From assembly GCA_017654855.1 (NCBI GenBank), contig CM030332.1, forward strand, positions 2,790,001 through 2,854,000: DNA of 64,000 nt, given 5' to 3'. Position numbers and translations under genes: made by a program. The notes under the pieces are model-generated. The model was given only the letters and a program-made list of their open reading frames with translations, ran no database searches and was not told the origin of the DNA. The DNA comes from Podospora anserina (taxonomy: Eukaryota). Within the stretch, counting starts at the first letter, position 1, and each line of letters starts with the position of its first letter. Shown here piece by piece: positions 37,362 to 48,212 of this stretch.

Positions 37362-37573
37362 TTCTCATCCAACATCGCGTTTAACCCCTCACACTCAGGC
37401 CACCCCCTACTGGCAGCAACAAAGTGACAAACATGGTTTCCCTAGGTGTGTAGGCTGCACTGTGCTTCGAGAATCCCAGCCGACCTCTTCTGTCATCTCA
37501 TCGCGAACCCCTCCGTCACAAGGATCCCCCCGCGATAGTGGAGAAATAGTCTCCACGTTCCTGTTCTTCGGCA

Positions 37574-40500
37574 ATGGCGTGGTGGGACTCACGAAGACAG
37601 AGCCGCCAGGCCCCAGCATCTTTACCTTCTGCGTCTTTGGACGATGGCCTTCTCGCCGCCGCTCGTCCTTCCCCACGGCTACGAAAGCGATTCTCTGCAG
37701 GCGATGCCTTCCCGAGGCTTGACTCCATCAACACCACCACGACACAGCGCCACACCACCTTGGACATGGACGAGAGAGCCGTGCTATCGCCCGTAGCTGA
37801 AGAAAATGCGGAGTCTTCCAGGTCACCAGCGCTTGTGATCCAGGTCGAAATCTTTTTCACCGATCCCCTCATCCGATCTCGCTATGCACGGAGCTATGCG
37901 AGCTCACCTACCTTCGAAGCCAACAACAGGATATGCCGCGGGCTCGTGCGCCGCATCGAGCGCTGCTCAGAAGAGCTCATCACCAGAAAAGACTCAAGCG
38001 CCCTCACCGACTTCTCCGATGAGAGTCACGAGCCCAAGCCCTCAAGGTTCGAGCTCACCTTCCGGATCCTGAAAAGGGGCAGGGGCGAGTGGGCCGAGAG
38101 GACATATCGTTCTCACCAAAAGCAGCCCCTGACGGTTGGACATACCAAAGAAATCATATCGGCCACCCACAGGATTGTTGGTCTTTATCTCCGCAGGCAC
38201 GACCCGGACTTCAGATGGCTCGACCACCCCGTCACAGACCAGGAAGCCGAAGAGGACCAGGTCGCAGATCCATCTCGGGAAGCACCATTGTCCCTTCTCT
38301 GCATACCCAACCCACGCTTCATCGAATCCACGCAAACCCTTGAGTTCGTGTCCGGCTACAAGATCGAGCTGACCTTCCAGAGCCGAAATCCACAAAGACG
38401 GGTGCCTGTGGTGAGGAAGTCCATCACGCTCGACAGCAAGCAAGATGCCCCTCTGACACTGTTCATGAGCGAGGATCTGCTGTGGAAGGGTGTCCAGGCC
38501 ATCAACACAGCGCTGGATGCAAAGAAGAGGGAATTTGACCACCACTTCAGCCGACAACAGGACGGCCAGCACTCATGCCAGGGCGCTCTCGAGATCGAAC
38601 TCAGGATATCCAACAACCTCGGCCCGTTACACGACAACATCCACAGAGATATTAAGAGCAGTCTTTTGCTGTTTTTCGATCCCGAGGCCCGCGACTGCAC
38701 CGCTTTTCTCGACAATATCGAAGGAATCCTTACCGCGACGAGGGACGAGATCGACGCCAAGGTCAACGATATGGATGACTTCGTTTTCAGAATTCGCGAG
38801 CTGAAAGGCGTAAACTGGAAGCTGAAGGACCCGGCAAGATTCAAGCTCGGCTCCAAGTCTTCGTGTGGGCGACGAACGATCCAAGCAGTCCTCGACCGCA
38901 TCCAAACAGGTGTCGGCGACATCATTCGCGGCCACAATATCTCCATCCATATCGATGCCCACAAGAGAGGCCATCTCGTTCTCGACAAGGCCATTGTGGC
39001 TCATGAAAAACGTGGGAGGACCAAGGAGAACTTTGCCTCGCCATCCGAGGAGGAGGCCACGTTCCTCTCGAGGCTCAAGGCTCGAATCCAGCAGGATATC
39101 GACAGGGTGTTGGAGGACACCTGTGCGATTGACGACATCCCAGATATTGACGAAGAAGAGGTCTTTATCCGTCCTTTCACTCCCGCACGGCAATCCGCCC
39201 CCGTCCCAACGTTGGCGTCTGCAAAATCGTCCTCATCTTTACGGCCATCCACCCCTCTGCCACCATTAGTGCCTGCCAAGTCGTCTTCCTCGTTACGGTC
39301 ACTCGTGTCATTGCGATCACTAGCATCCGGGCGATCATTCGCACCAACGCAACCGCCCACGCCCAGACAGTCACCAAGCCCTGTGAGATTTGAGCGGGCT
39401 CCGTCAGACGTTTCCGTAGGGGAACAGCACTCACCCGAAAGAATGCCATCGTCGCCAGCGCCCCTGAATCCTCCTCCCACAAAAATGGCCAGGCCCATCT
39501 CAATCCCGGTACAGCCAACGCCACAGCCGTCTCCAGCAAAGCGTCCACTCGTACAGCGCATCTTTTCGCTCAGTCGTCGATCCTCAGAGTCGGTCAAGGT
39601 TGTCGACCATCTCAAGCCGAAGTTGAGCAATGACCCATTTGTTGCCAACAGCAGCAGCCAACCTAGCACACCAGCCAGCTCTGCAGTGAGCGATCGCAGC
39701 TCCCAATCTGCGGCTGGGGAAAACTCTACTGTCGAGGACCAAGCAACCCCAACTGCTGCGGCCAAAACCAAGCCTTCAAAGCGGCCCTTTTCTCTGTTTC
39801 GCAGGCGATCCCGTGCCAACGATGTTTCGACTCTTGCAAAGGGGATCGAAAAGATCAAACAGAGTGGGAGAAGTCGGGCAGCTCCAGCGGAGCCGAGCAA
39901 GGCAACGCCATTGGAAGTGCTGTCAGAGTCACCGGAGCCTGGCCCTAAGACTAGCGGCGATGTCCTGGGCGTGATGATGACGTCGAGTGAGGTAGACGAG
40001 AGTGCAGCAACTCGCCCCGCAGGGAGCGTGCCTGTGGCCGAAGCTCCTATAACATCATCCCAGAATGACGACAGAAACGAAGCGGCATCGCGGTCAGCTG
40101 CCCGTGAACCCACCAAGGCGAAAATGGACACCCCCGAAGCCTTTGAGGATGCCAGAGAATTCGCAATCAGCCCTGCCATTGAACCCATCGTCAAGTCGGA
40201 GACCTCGAGCTCTTTTCTGACGGGTGATGTGAGTCCGAGATTTGACGAGTACTCAACTGCACCATCAACGCCAGACCTGAGCCTGGGCTCCAAGGACTCG
40301 TCGCCCCGACACAGCCTCTTGACCACACCCATCTACGTGCGGACGAGTTCGGGCACGAACGACATTGCGGTGCGCAAGTTCGATCCCGAGGTTGGGGCCG
40401 AGGTGGACGACTCGGATATCACTGTGTCCAAGACAGAACTGCCCGCCCCTCTCGCAGCCGAAGAGCTTCCGAGCAAACACATAGCTTTGGAGGCATCAGT

Positions 40501-42868
40501 CCGAGACGACGAAAAAGAAGGGGAACCAGACCAACGCGTGGCGCAACCCGGCCAAACACAGGGGCCCGGATTTACTATGTCCGAACCCGTCGAGCCTCAA
40601 CCAACCACATCCGCCCCAACACCACTTACAACAAAAGCCCCCAGTAACAACAGCAATGCCAATTCGACAAACAGCTCATCAACTGCAGAAAAAGATTTTG
40701 GCTATGAAAACCTCGGTGCCGAGAAAACTGCAGGCTCCGAAGGTTCCATACCGCGCCGTCCGGACTTCCCCACCAAGCGACTCCGGGACCCGGCTCCGAC
40801 CCCGAATCATGATTCTCCCAAAGCTTCTGAAAATTTAGATGCCAGGAAAACCTCGAGTCAAAATGTCGATCAGGCTACCGGCAACCAAGTCGGTCCCGCT
40901 CGCGGCGCCGAGGGGCAGCCCGTGGCACACAAAGACAAGTCCAACGTGACCGAAGCTGGTCCCGACGGCCACCGGGCCCAAGCGGACGGTGCCAATCCGG
41001 GAGCCGTGCACAAAGTTTCTCCAGACACGGGTAGCACAAGGGCTCCGAGTGCTGTCACCGGCTCCGAGGAAAAGGGGACTGGGCAGGCGGCTGAGGAGAA
41101 CGGGCCCGCTGAGTCTCAGAACTCGAGCATTCCTGATGATGTCGGTTCCGACAAGCACGCCGATGGGAGCAATATTGAGTTTGAGTTTCCCGAGGGTGAT
41201 GTGCGGGATGAGCTTCGGGAGCGATATGGGACCCAGGCCCAGGCCGAGATGAGGAGCAAGCGGCTCGGGAGCAATATTGAGTTTGAGTTTCCGGATGCTG
41301 GTGTGAAGGAGCATCTTGATGAGCGTCGCGGTTCCAGGCAGGAGCCTGAGAAGGTTCGCAAGGGGTCCGAGATTGACTTTGAGCATTCTGAGGCTACGGT
41401 TGATGAGTATCTTGCTCGGGACCGCGGTTCTGGAGTGAAGCATGATGACTCGGTTGCGACGAACGGGGCTGCTCCCGAGAAGATTGGTGCGTCCTCGAAG
41501 CCGGCTCCTTGTCCGGGCAAGGTCTCTGATATCCCAGAAAAGACCGCGGTCAAGTCATCGGAGCCGGCAGACTTGCCAACCGGTGCTGATATCGAGAAAC
41601 CGGGACCAACCCGGTTGTTCGCAGATGTCGAGGTGGCGATCCATCATGTCGTGCCTGAGAAGAGGACCAAAGACTCCGATATTCCCATCCCTGAAAAGAG
41701 AGTCAGACTTTCCGTGTCTGAGACCGCTGTCGTCGGTGATGTTCTCGCTGCCGAGCCGGCGTCTCTTCCCGCAGCAGCTGGCGACGTTGAAACCGAAAAG
41801 TCGAGCACAGTGCCGACTGACAGCCAGGATGTTGAAGCTGCAGCTGAGGAGCAACTCGCTGCCGAGCTCGAAGTCCAGGCAAACGACAACGTCAAGGATG
41901 TCTCTCCTCCCGTAACCGACAACACAATCGAAGCCGAACCTGTCAAAGAGCCCATCGTACCCGAAGTGGCCAAAGAACTCGCCGAGGAATTCGAAGTCCA
42001 AGTCAGCCCCGAAGGATTGTCGTCGGAAGAAGTGAAGAAGGCCGAAACAAGAACAGAAACAGCGACAGCCCCCCAAGATATTACTAGGTCCGCCACCGAC
42101 CTCGGCCGTAAAGATGAGCCTGAGCCGGAGCGTTCCGGCGCTGAGGAGCAGCATCCTCCCGTGGTAACACCACCCGTAATCTCCGTCAAAGAATTCGACA
42201 CCACCACTACCACCACCGAAACAGAATCCCCCTCTCACCCAGTAGCCACTCCAGACATCTCCCTCCTCAACCCCAACCCCCGCCATTCCACATCTACCTT
42301 CTCCTCGGGGTATACCACCCTCTCCGACACCTCCTCCTTCATCTCCCGCGGCTCAGTCGACACTTTCCGCCCCTCTTTTGACGAATCCTCCACCCCGTTC
42401 GGCGACGAAGTTCGAGTCGCACACTTGGACTCCCCCCACGATCACGAGCACACTCACCCCACTTCCCGTCCGCAGACAGCTGGGTATCTCGGGTTGAACA
42501 CTCTGCGCACAGAATCGAGGTTTATTGAGCTCGGCCTTCGTGGAGCTTTGGGAGACCAGTCTAAGAGATTGAGTTTACCGCTGAATCAGCATTGTTTTTT
42601 TGATCATCCTTTGCCTCATCATCTTGGGGCGGAGGAGGCTGAGACGGGGAGTATTGCGGGGAGTACGAAGTCGGGGAAACTGAGGAAGAAGGATCGGCAT
42701 AGGAAGGTCAAGTCGGCGAAGATTTTTAGTCAGCATGCCGAAGGGGAGGACAAGGCAGGAGAGAAAGGAGGGGTGAAGGACGGGCCGGATGCGGCGGCTA
42801 TTCCAAAGATGATGATGTTGTTTGCTGGGGCGGTGGCTCTGGGGAAGTTTTTTAGGGGTGGTCAATGA
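37574..42868 (+). CDS. Large uncharacterised protein (1764 aa): folded N-terminal region, long disordered S/P/E/T-rich region, hydrophobic C-terminal tail
   Basis: Uninterrupted 5.3-kb ORF with fungal codon usage. Residues about 85-520 look alpha/beta globular and the rest is low complexity. It ends MMMLFAGAVALGKFFRGGQ. Confidence 0.85.
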   Translation: MAWWDSRRQSRQAPASLPSASLDDGLLAAARPSPRLRKRFSAGDAFPRLDSINTTTTQRHTTLDMDERAVLSPVAEENAESSRSPALVIQVEIFFTDPLIRSRYARSYASSPTFEANNRICRGLVRRIERCSEELITRKDSSALTDFSDESHEPKPSRFELTFRILKRGRGEWAERTYRSHQKQPLTVGHTKEIISATHRIVGLYLRRHDPDFRWLDHPVTDQEAEEDQVADPSREAPLSLLCIPNPRFIESTQTLEFVSGYKIELTFQSRNPQRRVPVVRKSITLDSKQDAPLTLFMSEDLLWKGVQAINTALDAKKREFDHHFSRQQDGQHSCQGALEIELRISNNLGPLHDNIHRDIKSSLLLFFDPEARDCTAFLDNIEGILTATRDEIDAKVNDMDDFVFRIRELKGVNWKLKDPARFKLGSKSSCGRRTIQAVLDRIQTGVGDIIRGHNISIHIDAHKRGHLVLDKAIVAHEKRGRTKENFASPSEEEATFLSRLKARIQQDIDRVLEDTCAIDDIPDIDEEEVFIRPFTPARQSAPVPTLASAKSSSSLRPSTPLPPLVPAKSSSSLRSLVSLRSLASGRSFAPTQPPTPRQSPSPVRFERAPSDVSVGEQHSPERMPSSPAPLNPPPTKMARPISIPVQPTPQPSPAKRPLVQRIFSLSRRSSESVKVVDHLKPKLSNDPFVANSSSQPSTPASSAVSDRSSQSAAGENSTVEDQATPTAAAKTKPSKRPFSLFRRRSRANDVSTLAKGIEKIKQSGRSRAAPAEPSKATPLEVLSESPEPGPKTSGDVLGVMMTSSEVDESAATRPAGSVPVAEAPITSSQNDDRNEAASRSAAREPTKAKMDTPEAFEDAREFAISPAIEPIVKSETSSSFLTGDVSPRFDEYSTAPSTPDLSLGSKDSSPRHSLLTTPIYVRTSSGTNDIAVRKFDPEVGAEVDDSDITVSKTELPAPLAAEELPSKHIALEASVRDDEKEGEPDQRVAQPGQTQGPGFTMSEPVEPQPTTSAPTPLTTKAPSNNSNANSTNSSSTAEKDFGYENLGAEKTAGSEGSIPRRPDFPTKRLRDPAPTPNHDSPKASENLDARKTSSQNVDQATGNQVGPARGAEGQPVAHKDKSNVTEAGPDGHRAQADGANPGAVHKVSPDTGSTRAPSAVTGSEEKGTGQAAEENGPAESQNSSIPDDVGSDKHADGSNIEFEFPEGDVRDELRERYGTQAQAEMRSKRLGSNIEFEFPDAGVKEHLDERRGSRQEPEKVRKGSEIDFEHSEATVDEYLARDRGSGVKHDDSVATNGAAPEKIGASSKPAPCPGKVSDIPEKTAVKSSEPADLPTGADIEKPGPTRLFADVEVAIHHVVPEKRTKDSDIPIPEKRVRLSVSETAVVGDVLAAEPASLPAAAGDVETEKSSTVPTDSQDVEAAAEEQLAAELEVQANDNVKDVSPPVTDNTIEAEPVKEPIVPEVAKELAEEFEVQVSPEGLSSEEVKKAETRTETATAPQDITRSATDLGRKDEPEPERSGAEEQHPPVVTPPVISVKEFDTTTTTTETESPSHPVATPDISLLNPNPRHSTSTFSSGYTTLSDTSSFISRGSVDTFRPSFDESSTPFGDEVRVAHLDSPHDHEHTHPTSRPQTAGYLGLNTLRTESRFIELGLRGALGDQSKRLSLPLNQHCFFDHPLPHHLGAEEAETGSIAGSTKSGKLRKKDRHRKVKSAKIFSQHAEGEDKAGEKGGVKDGPDAAAIPKMMMLFAGAVALGKFFRGGQ

Positions 42869-43015
42869 TGGGATCTCGGGTTCATGGGCTAACGCTGGTT
42901 ATTATGGAGGGTATAGGGGGTTTGTTTTGTAAAAGTATTGGTGCACAAAAACGGGCATTGGGACTGGATTGGAGAATGAATGGGCTTGGGTTTGGGTTAT
43001 ATTATGATGACACTT

Positions 43016-43017
<2 letters not shown>

Positions 43018-43049
<32 letters not shown>
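43018..43049. repeat. Poly(T) tract (32 nt) in the convergent 3' region
   Basis: Uninterrupted T run downstream of the large ORF. Confidence 0.9.
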
Positions 43050-43052
<3 letters not shown>

Positions 43053-43716
43053 TTTGGGATAGGTTTCTGGGTTTCTTGGATGGTGGGATGAACATGAAGG
43101 GGGAAAAAAGGGATACACATGAATAACTAGAATAAAGATGGTTATGGGGGGGTTAGTTAGTTACACAACTACCTACTTGGGCACAAATGGTTTTGGGATT
43201 TTGGGATTGGGGTTTACGGCGGTTGGCGTTTTCTGGAGTTGTGGTTTTGGATTATTGTCTTTTGGGAACGGTCACGGTTGGGTTGTACGAAACTTTTTGT
43301 ACAACAAACATACACACACACACACACATACGTTATAAACAACTTGACGACGACGACTATGATGACGGGCAACCGAACGGGGGAAATTCAAAGGGGGGTG
43401 ATAAGTGGATAGGGTTAGGCAAAAAAAATTTTTTGGGAGGTTGTTTGTATGGTATGTGAAATAGGGGTTATTGTTATGTTTTTTTTTGGGAGGTTTGAGG
43501 TAGAAATATGGACTTTGTCTCTGCTTTTTTGATGTAGTCATTGACTCTTTTCAAATGATCACCAACTCTAACCCTCTTTCTTTACTAGATCTGTGTTTCG
43601 CCACTGCCTTTCTGTCTTTACACATCATGAACACGGTGGCGGCAGGTATTGCAGTAATATGACACTGATTAAACCCCCACCTCAACATTACTATCTCTTA
43701 AGAATGCTATGCAAAC

Positions 43717-45143
43717 TCACAGCTCATCCCTCACCAGCTCCACCTGTTGTTGCTTCTCGCCCTCCCCATCAACATCTTCCTCCCACATCCTCTTCATTGG
43801 ATTCTTCTGCTCTCTTTCCTCCTCCTCCTCCACCGCACCCTCTCCCGTCTTATTCCCCTCCTCCCTCTCCCGCTGATCAAGCGTATCCTCCACCATCCTC
43901 CCAACCCTCTCCACATAGCTCTCCACATAACTCTCCTCTCCCCCTTCCACCCTCTGCTTCTCCCCCACCCCCGGCCCAGCAACCTCAATAGTAGGCACAC
44001 TCTCCTCTCCCCCCATCACCACCCTCGTGGTCGTCCCCCCGGGCAACACAACCTCCATCTCCGCCTGCCCTCCCCCACCACCACCACCAGCCAAATTCAC
44101 CACCCCCCTCGTAGTCTTGTAACTGAGCTTCAGCGGCAACCAAACAACCCACCACAACGGTCCATACAACCACCTCCTAAACACCAACCAGCCCAACGTG
44201 ACCAGTAGCAATCTCAGAGAAGTCTGTAAATACCAGGTATCACTCTTTTGCGTGGTCAGCAAGGTGGAAACCAAGTTTTTTGATTTGGAGAGCAGGGAGT
44301 CGATCCCCTCGTAGTTTTTTTGCAGTTCGGCCAGCGCGGCTGAGGACTCGGCTAGGGTTTGGGAGGCAAAAGCTGATTTTTGGACCTCGGCGGCGATGAG
44401 GGCGTGGGTGCGGCGGAGGGAGAGGGTGAGGTCGCTTGAGGCGTTGACTACGGACGAGGATTCGTCGTTGGGGTTGGTGGGTTTTGGCTTGCGGTGGCGG
44501 AGGAGGTCTTTGGGGGTGAAGAGTTGGGTTCGGGGGTCTTTGTTTCCTTCTAAGGAGGAGGAGGACTGTTGTTGCTGGTTGGCTAGGTCGGAAGAGGAGG
44601 AGGAGGAGGAGGTGAGGGAGTGAGTTGAGTTGGCCAACGAAGCCGAAGCAGCATAAGACGCAACAAGGAGCTGGCGCTCGAGTTTTTGGGCGGCGAGGAG
44701 GGAGTGGTGGGCTGAGAGTTGAGCTTTGCGGAAGGTTGTTCGAGCGCTGGTTATTTATCATCACAATGTCAGCCAAGTTGTTTCGTTGTAGATGGGTGTT
44801 GACAGAGAAAAACATACGTCTTGAGTTCATTCTCTAGCCTCTGCGCGCCCTCTTTCAACCTCTGCTTCCTATGCTCGCTCTCGCTCCCCGGCCTCCCACC
44901 TCGAAGGTCAATGATCTCCTCCTGCAACAACTCCAGCTCTTCCTCCTCCTCCCTCAAGATTGAGCTAATCTCTGCGCTCAGCTCCGTCGCTACATTGTCG
45001 CTTTCCTCCTCCCCCTCGGCTGTAAGCGGCACACTCCCCGGCGCAAACTTCAGATTGGCAAGTCTGTGGATCAGCTCCTGGAGCTGGGCGGTCGTTTCCT
45101 GCAGCGCGGACAGCCGCTCGGAGAGGGTGTCGATTGTTGCCAT
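43717..45143 (-). CDS. SEC20: ER SNARE Sec20; intron 44747-44817
   Basis: N-terminal coiled coil, Sec20 domain (ASSDLTLSLRRTHALIAAEVQKS...QTLAESS...SKNLV...KSDTWYL), TM LLLVTLGWLVFRRWLYGP and C-terminal RDEL retrieval signal. Confidence 0.9.
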
Positions 45144-45619
45144 TCTGGTGGTATTGTTCCCAGTTTGATTTGGTGTAGTTTTCGTAGGAGGTGGTGTTCT
45201 CGAGAACAAAAAGGCAAATCTGGTCTATATACACCGTGTCCTGTCGTGTGCCGGACCGTCAACTTGTCAAGCTCTCTTTGGGGCAACAACATGTGCAAGT
45301 CAATCCAATCGTGCAACGTCACTCAATCCAGACCACCACCACCCATAGCTCCCCAAACGGCCAATTTCTTGGCACTCCCACTCAAGCCACCCAAGCTCCG
45401 TTTCCCACATGGCCCCACATTTCCAGCGCCGTTTTGAATCTTCCAACCGCAACCCATCCCGCCACAGCGAAAGTGTAGACAGAGACTCAACACCAAGCCG
45501 ATACTATCACGACATTTTTGCCCACCTAACCACCAACAATCCCCCCCACCCCCCCCGCCGCCGCTTTTCCGACCCAATTACTTGCCCCCCTCAAAGAACC
45601 CAGTACCCCAACCACCAAA

Positions 45620-45997
45620 ATGATAACCCGCTTCATAACCGAAATCCAAACCGCCTTCAACCCCTTCTCCCCCCGCGCCAAATCCGCCCGCCTCTTCCTC
45701 TCCTTCCTCCCACCAAACGCCCGCTCCTCGGGCATGAACATCACCACCCAGCTCCTCCCCCGGTCCTCCACCGCCCCGAGCAAGCTTTATGTCAAGTTTA
45801 GTATGTTTCCCCTCACCACCACCCAGAAGCCCCTCCATTTCCCTCTACCCAGACAAAGATATTGATTTCGTGATATTCTAGAGGACGGCAAGGAACTCAA
45901 CATCGACGCCGACAACATGGGCATCAAGAGCATAATCGAAGAGGTCGACCGCCACTCCCGTATCCTCCAAAAGGCCGACGATTTGGCTGCTGCTTAA
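45620..45997 (+). CDS. MRPL44: Mitochondrial large-subunit ribosomal protein L44 (mL53), 98 aa; intron 45801-45881
   Basis: MITRFITEIQTAFNPFSPRAKSARLFLSFLPP...LYVKF-KDGKEL...IIEEVDRHSRILQK. Divergent from SEC20 across 476 bp. Confidence 0.9.
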
Positions 45998-46301
45998 AGC
46001 ATTCTACAGTATCAAAAAAACACAAAAACAAAAAACGGGCAGGAAAAGAAGAGGGAATCTGTACAAAAACTGTATCTACCACATATACCATTCTTGTCTT
46101 TACAGCATTGGGAAGGCGTTCAAATATCTTTACAACAAACAAAACACACCACTGCACACTCATCCATCATCATTCAAAAAGACTTGATTCGCTGCTTTGA
46201 TTTTGTTCGACCCGGCTATATCTAGCTTTTAAACCCCTATCTATATACCTTTCTCCAAAAGCCTTGTCAGGGTGTTGTTGTTAAAGCCTCGCCTCAGCAA
46301 T

Positions 46302-47598
46302 TCAAGCAGAAGCACCGCTAATGAAGAACCACTTGTCAATGCTGGCGTCAATGGGAGCAGGGGGGAGCTCCTGGTTCTGGGGCAGGGGGGGGAGCTGGTC
46401 AGGGGAGACGCGGCTCTGGGAGTGGGCAACGGTGAGGTTGGTGGTGGCGATGCCACCGGCGGGGGCCTTGCCGGTGATGAGTTTCTCCCAGGCCTCGTTG
46501 CACTCGTGAACGACGTCCATGGCGTACCTTTGGCCCATTGTTAGCTCTCTACACCACCAGAAACAGCTTGACGGCCTAAATAAAAACCCACTTCTTGTTC
46601 TTGCACTCGCCAGTGAAAGCGAACTGGTTCTCGGGCTTTCCGTCAGGGATCTTGTAGATGCGGAACCACTCGTTAGTGGCCCGCAGAAGACCAGGGAGGT
46701 GGCGCTCGACATCCTCAACGTCGTTGAGCTTGGGAGCCAAGGGGTCGTTGACGTCAATGACAATGACCTTCCAGTCGGTCTCCTCCTCGTCCAAAAGAGC
46801 CATCACGCCGAGGACCTTGACCTGCTTGATCTGGCCGGTGTAGCCAACCAGCTCGCCGATCTCGCAGACGTCCAACGGGTCGTTGTCGCCCTTGGCCTTG
46901 GTCTCGGGGTGGACAACGTTGGGGTCCTCCCAGGTCTGTTATATCACACTTCAGCATGTATATTCTCAGGCAGCCGTTGGGCCACAACAACAACAACCAA
47001 ATCATACCTGAGGGAAGGCACCATAGTTCCAGAGGTACCCCTTGTGGGGGAAGCAGTTGCGAACAAATCTGAGCTTGCCCTTCTTGACGTCCTGCTTGAT
47101 TGGGTTGAGCAGCTCGTCCTTGGAGATCTCCTGCTTGGCGTTGGTCCAGCGGGGGATCTCAACAATCATGTTGAGGATGGTCTTCTCGGCGTTGGCATAG
47201 AGGGGGATGTCGTGGAAGGGGGAGACGGGGACGCCATCCTTCTCGATGTACACGCGGTGCTCGAGGGTGTAGGGGGCGCCGACCTTGCGGATGGAGTAGG
47301 CCATTTTGTCGAACGGTTGACTGCTGGTGGACGTGGAGAGGTGTCGGGCAATCTGGGCTGTCCGCGCAAGAGGTTGTTGCGAGAAGGAGGTCGAGGGATT
47401 TGAAGGAGGGGCTCCTCTCCCAGCGGTGGAGGTGGGGAGACTGTGTGACGACAGCGAGCGGGCCTGTGATTGGCTCGGGCGGGGTTGCAGCTGCTGGTGT
47501 GGCGGCATGTTTGTAAAAGCAGTTTTCGAGGTTGGGAATATTCTCGCTACTCGAGCGGGTGACTGCTGCGTTTGCCGCAGCCTTTGGAGGGCCAACAT
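46302..47598 (-). CDS. IPP1: Family I inorganic pyrophosphatase. Conserved start at 47304 with in-frame upstream ATGs at 47508 and 47598; introns 46936-47007 and 46528-46591
   Basis: [71 protein letters not shown] and IDKWFFI. Confidence 0.95.
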
Positions 47599-48212
47599 GT
47601 GCAGAGGAGAACAGTCTTTGTTATCGTCAATCGTCAATGGGTTTCGATAGCCTTGTTGGCCGAGGTTCGTAGCTCGTTCCCTCGTAGCCCTGTAGCTCGT
47701 CACTCAAAGTGCCTCCCAAGAATTCTTTTGCTTTCCCGCGTCTCAGTGCCTAACCCAGTTCCGATTGACCGACAAGTTGCGCCAACCCGGGAGCGGTATC
47801 GGCTGTGCAGCTCAGCTTCGGTAGCTCTCCCGACCTCTAGACGACTACCGGTGAGCTTAGCTTGACGTTGCTGAGGTGGAGCCAAGCAAAAAGATAACCC
47901 CGCCAGACCCCGTTGGGCTTGGCATGGAAGACCATGGTCACTTCCCCCTATTCAGCCCCTTTTTTTGTCGAAAGTCATCAACAACATGCAAGGAAAATAG
48001 ATATTATTCCAATAACAATTGATATACGCATCCAGGAAGAACAACAGAAACCCCCATCCCGGTTCCGGCTCATCAACCCTCTCATAAACACGCTGCCATT
48101 TCCATTCCTACACCGAATTCCACCAAAAAACAGCCAGAAACACCCCTTGCATTCGAACAATCCCCAAAAGTAAAAGACACCCGTAATTATATCCACCCCA
48201 TTTCTTTCCTCT

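Noticed and set aside
43408-43420. TAGGGTTAGG telomere or telomerase-template-like motif
   Set aside because: Fewer than two repeat units within a G/T-rich 3' region, and no other supporting structure.
46519-47403. 294-aa + strand ORF, and similar long antisense ORFs (e.g. 31474-32499, 39001-40332, 49658-50857, 51488-52456)
   Set aside because: They lie antisense to well-supported genes, show no motifs, and are expected shadows of biased codon usage.
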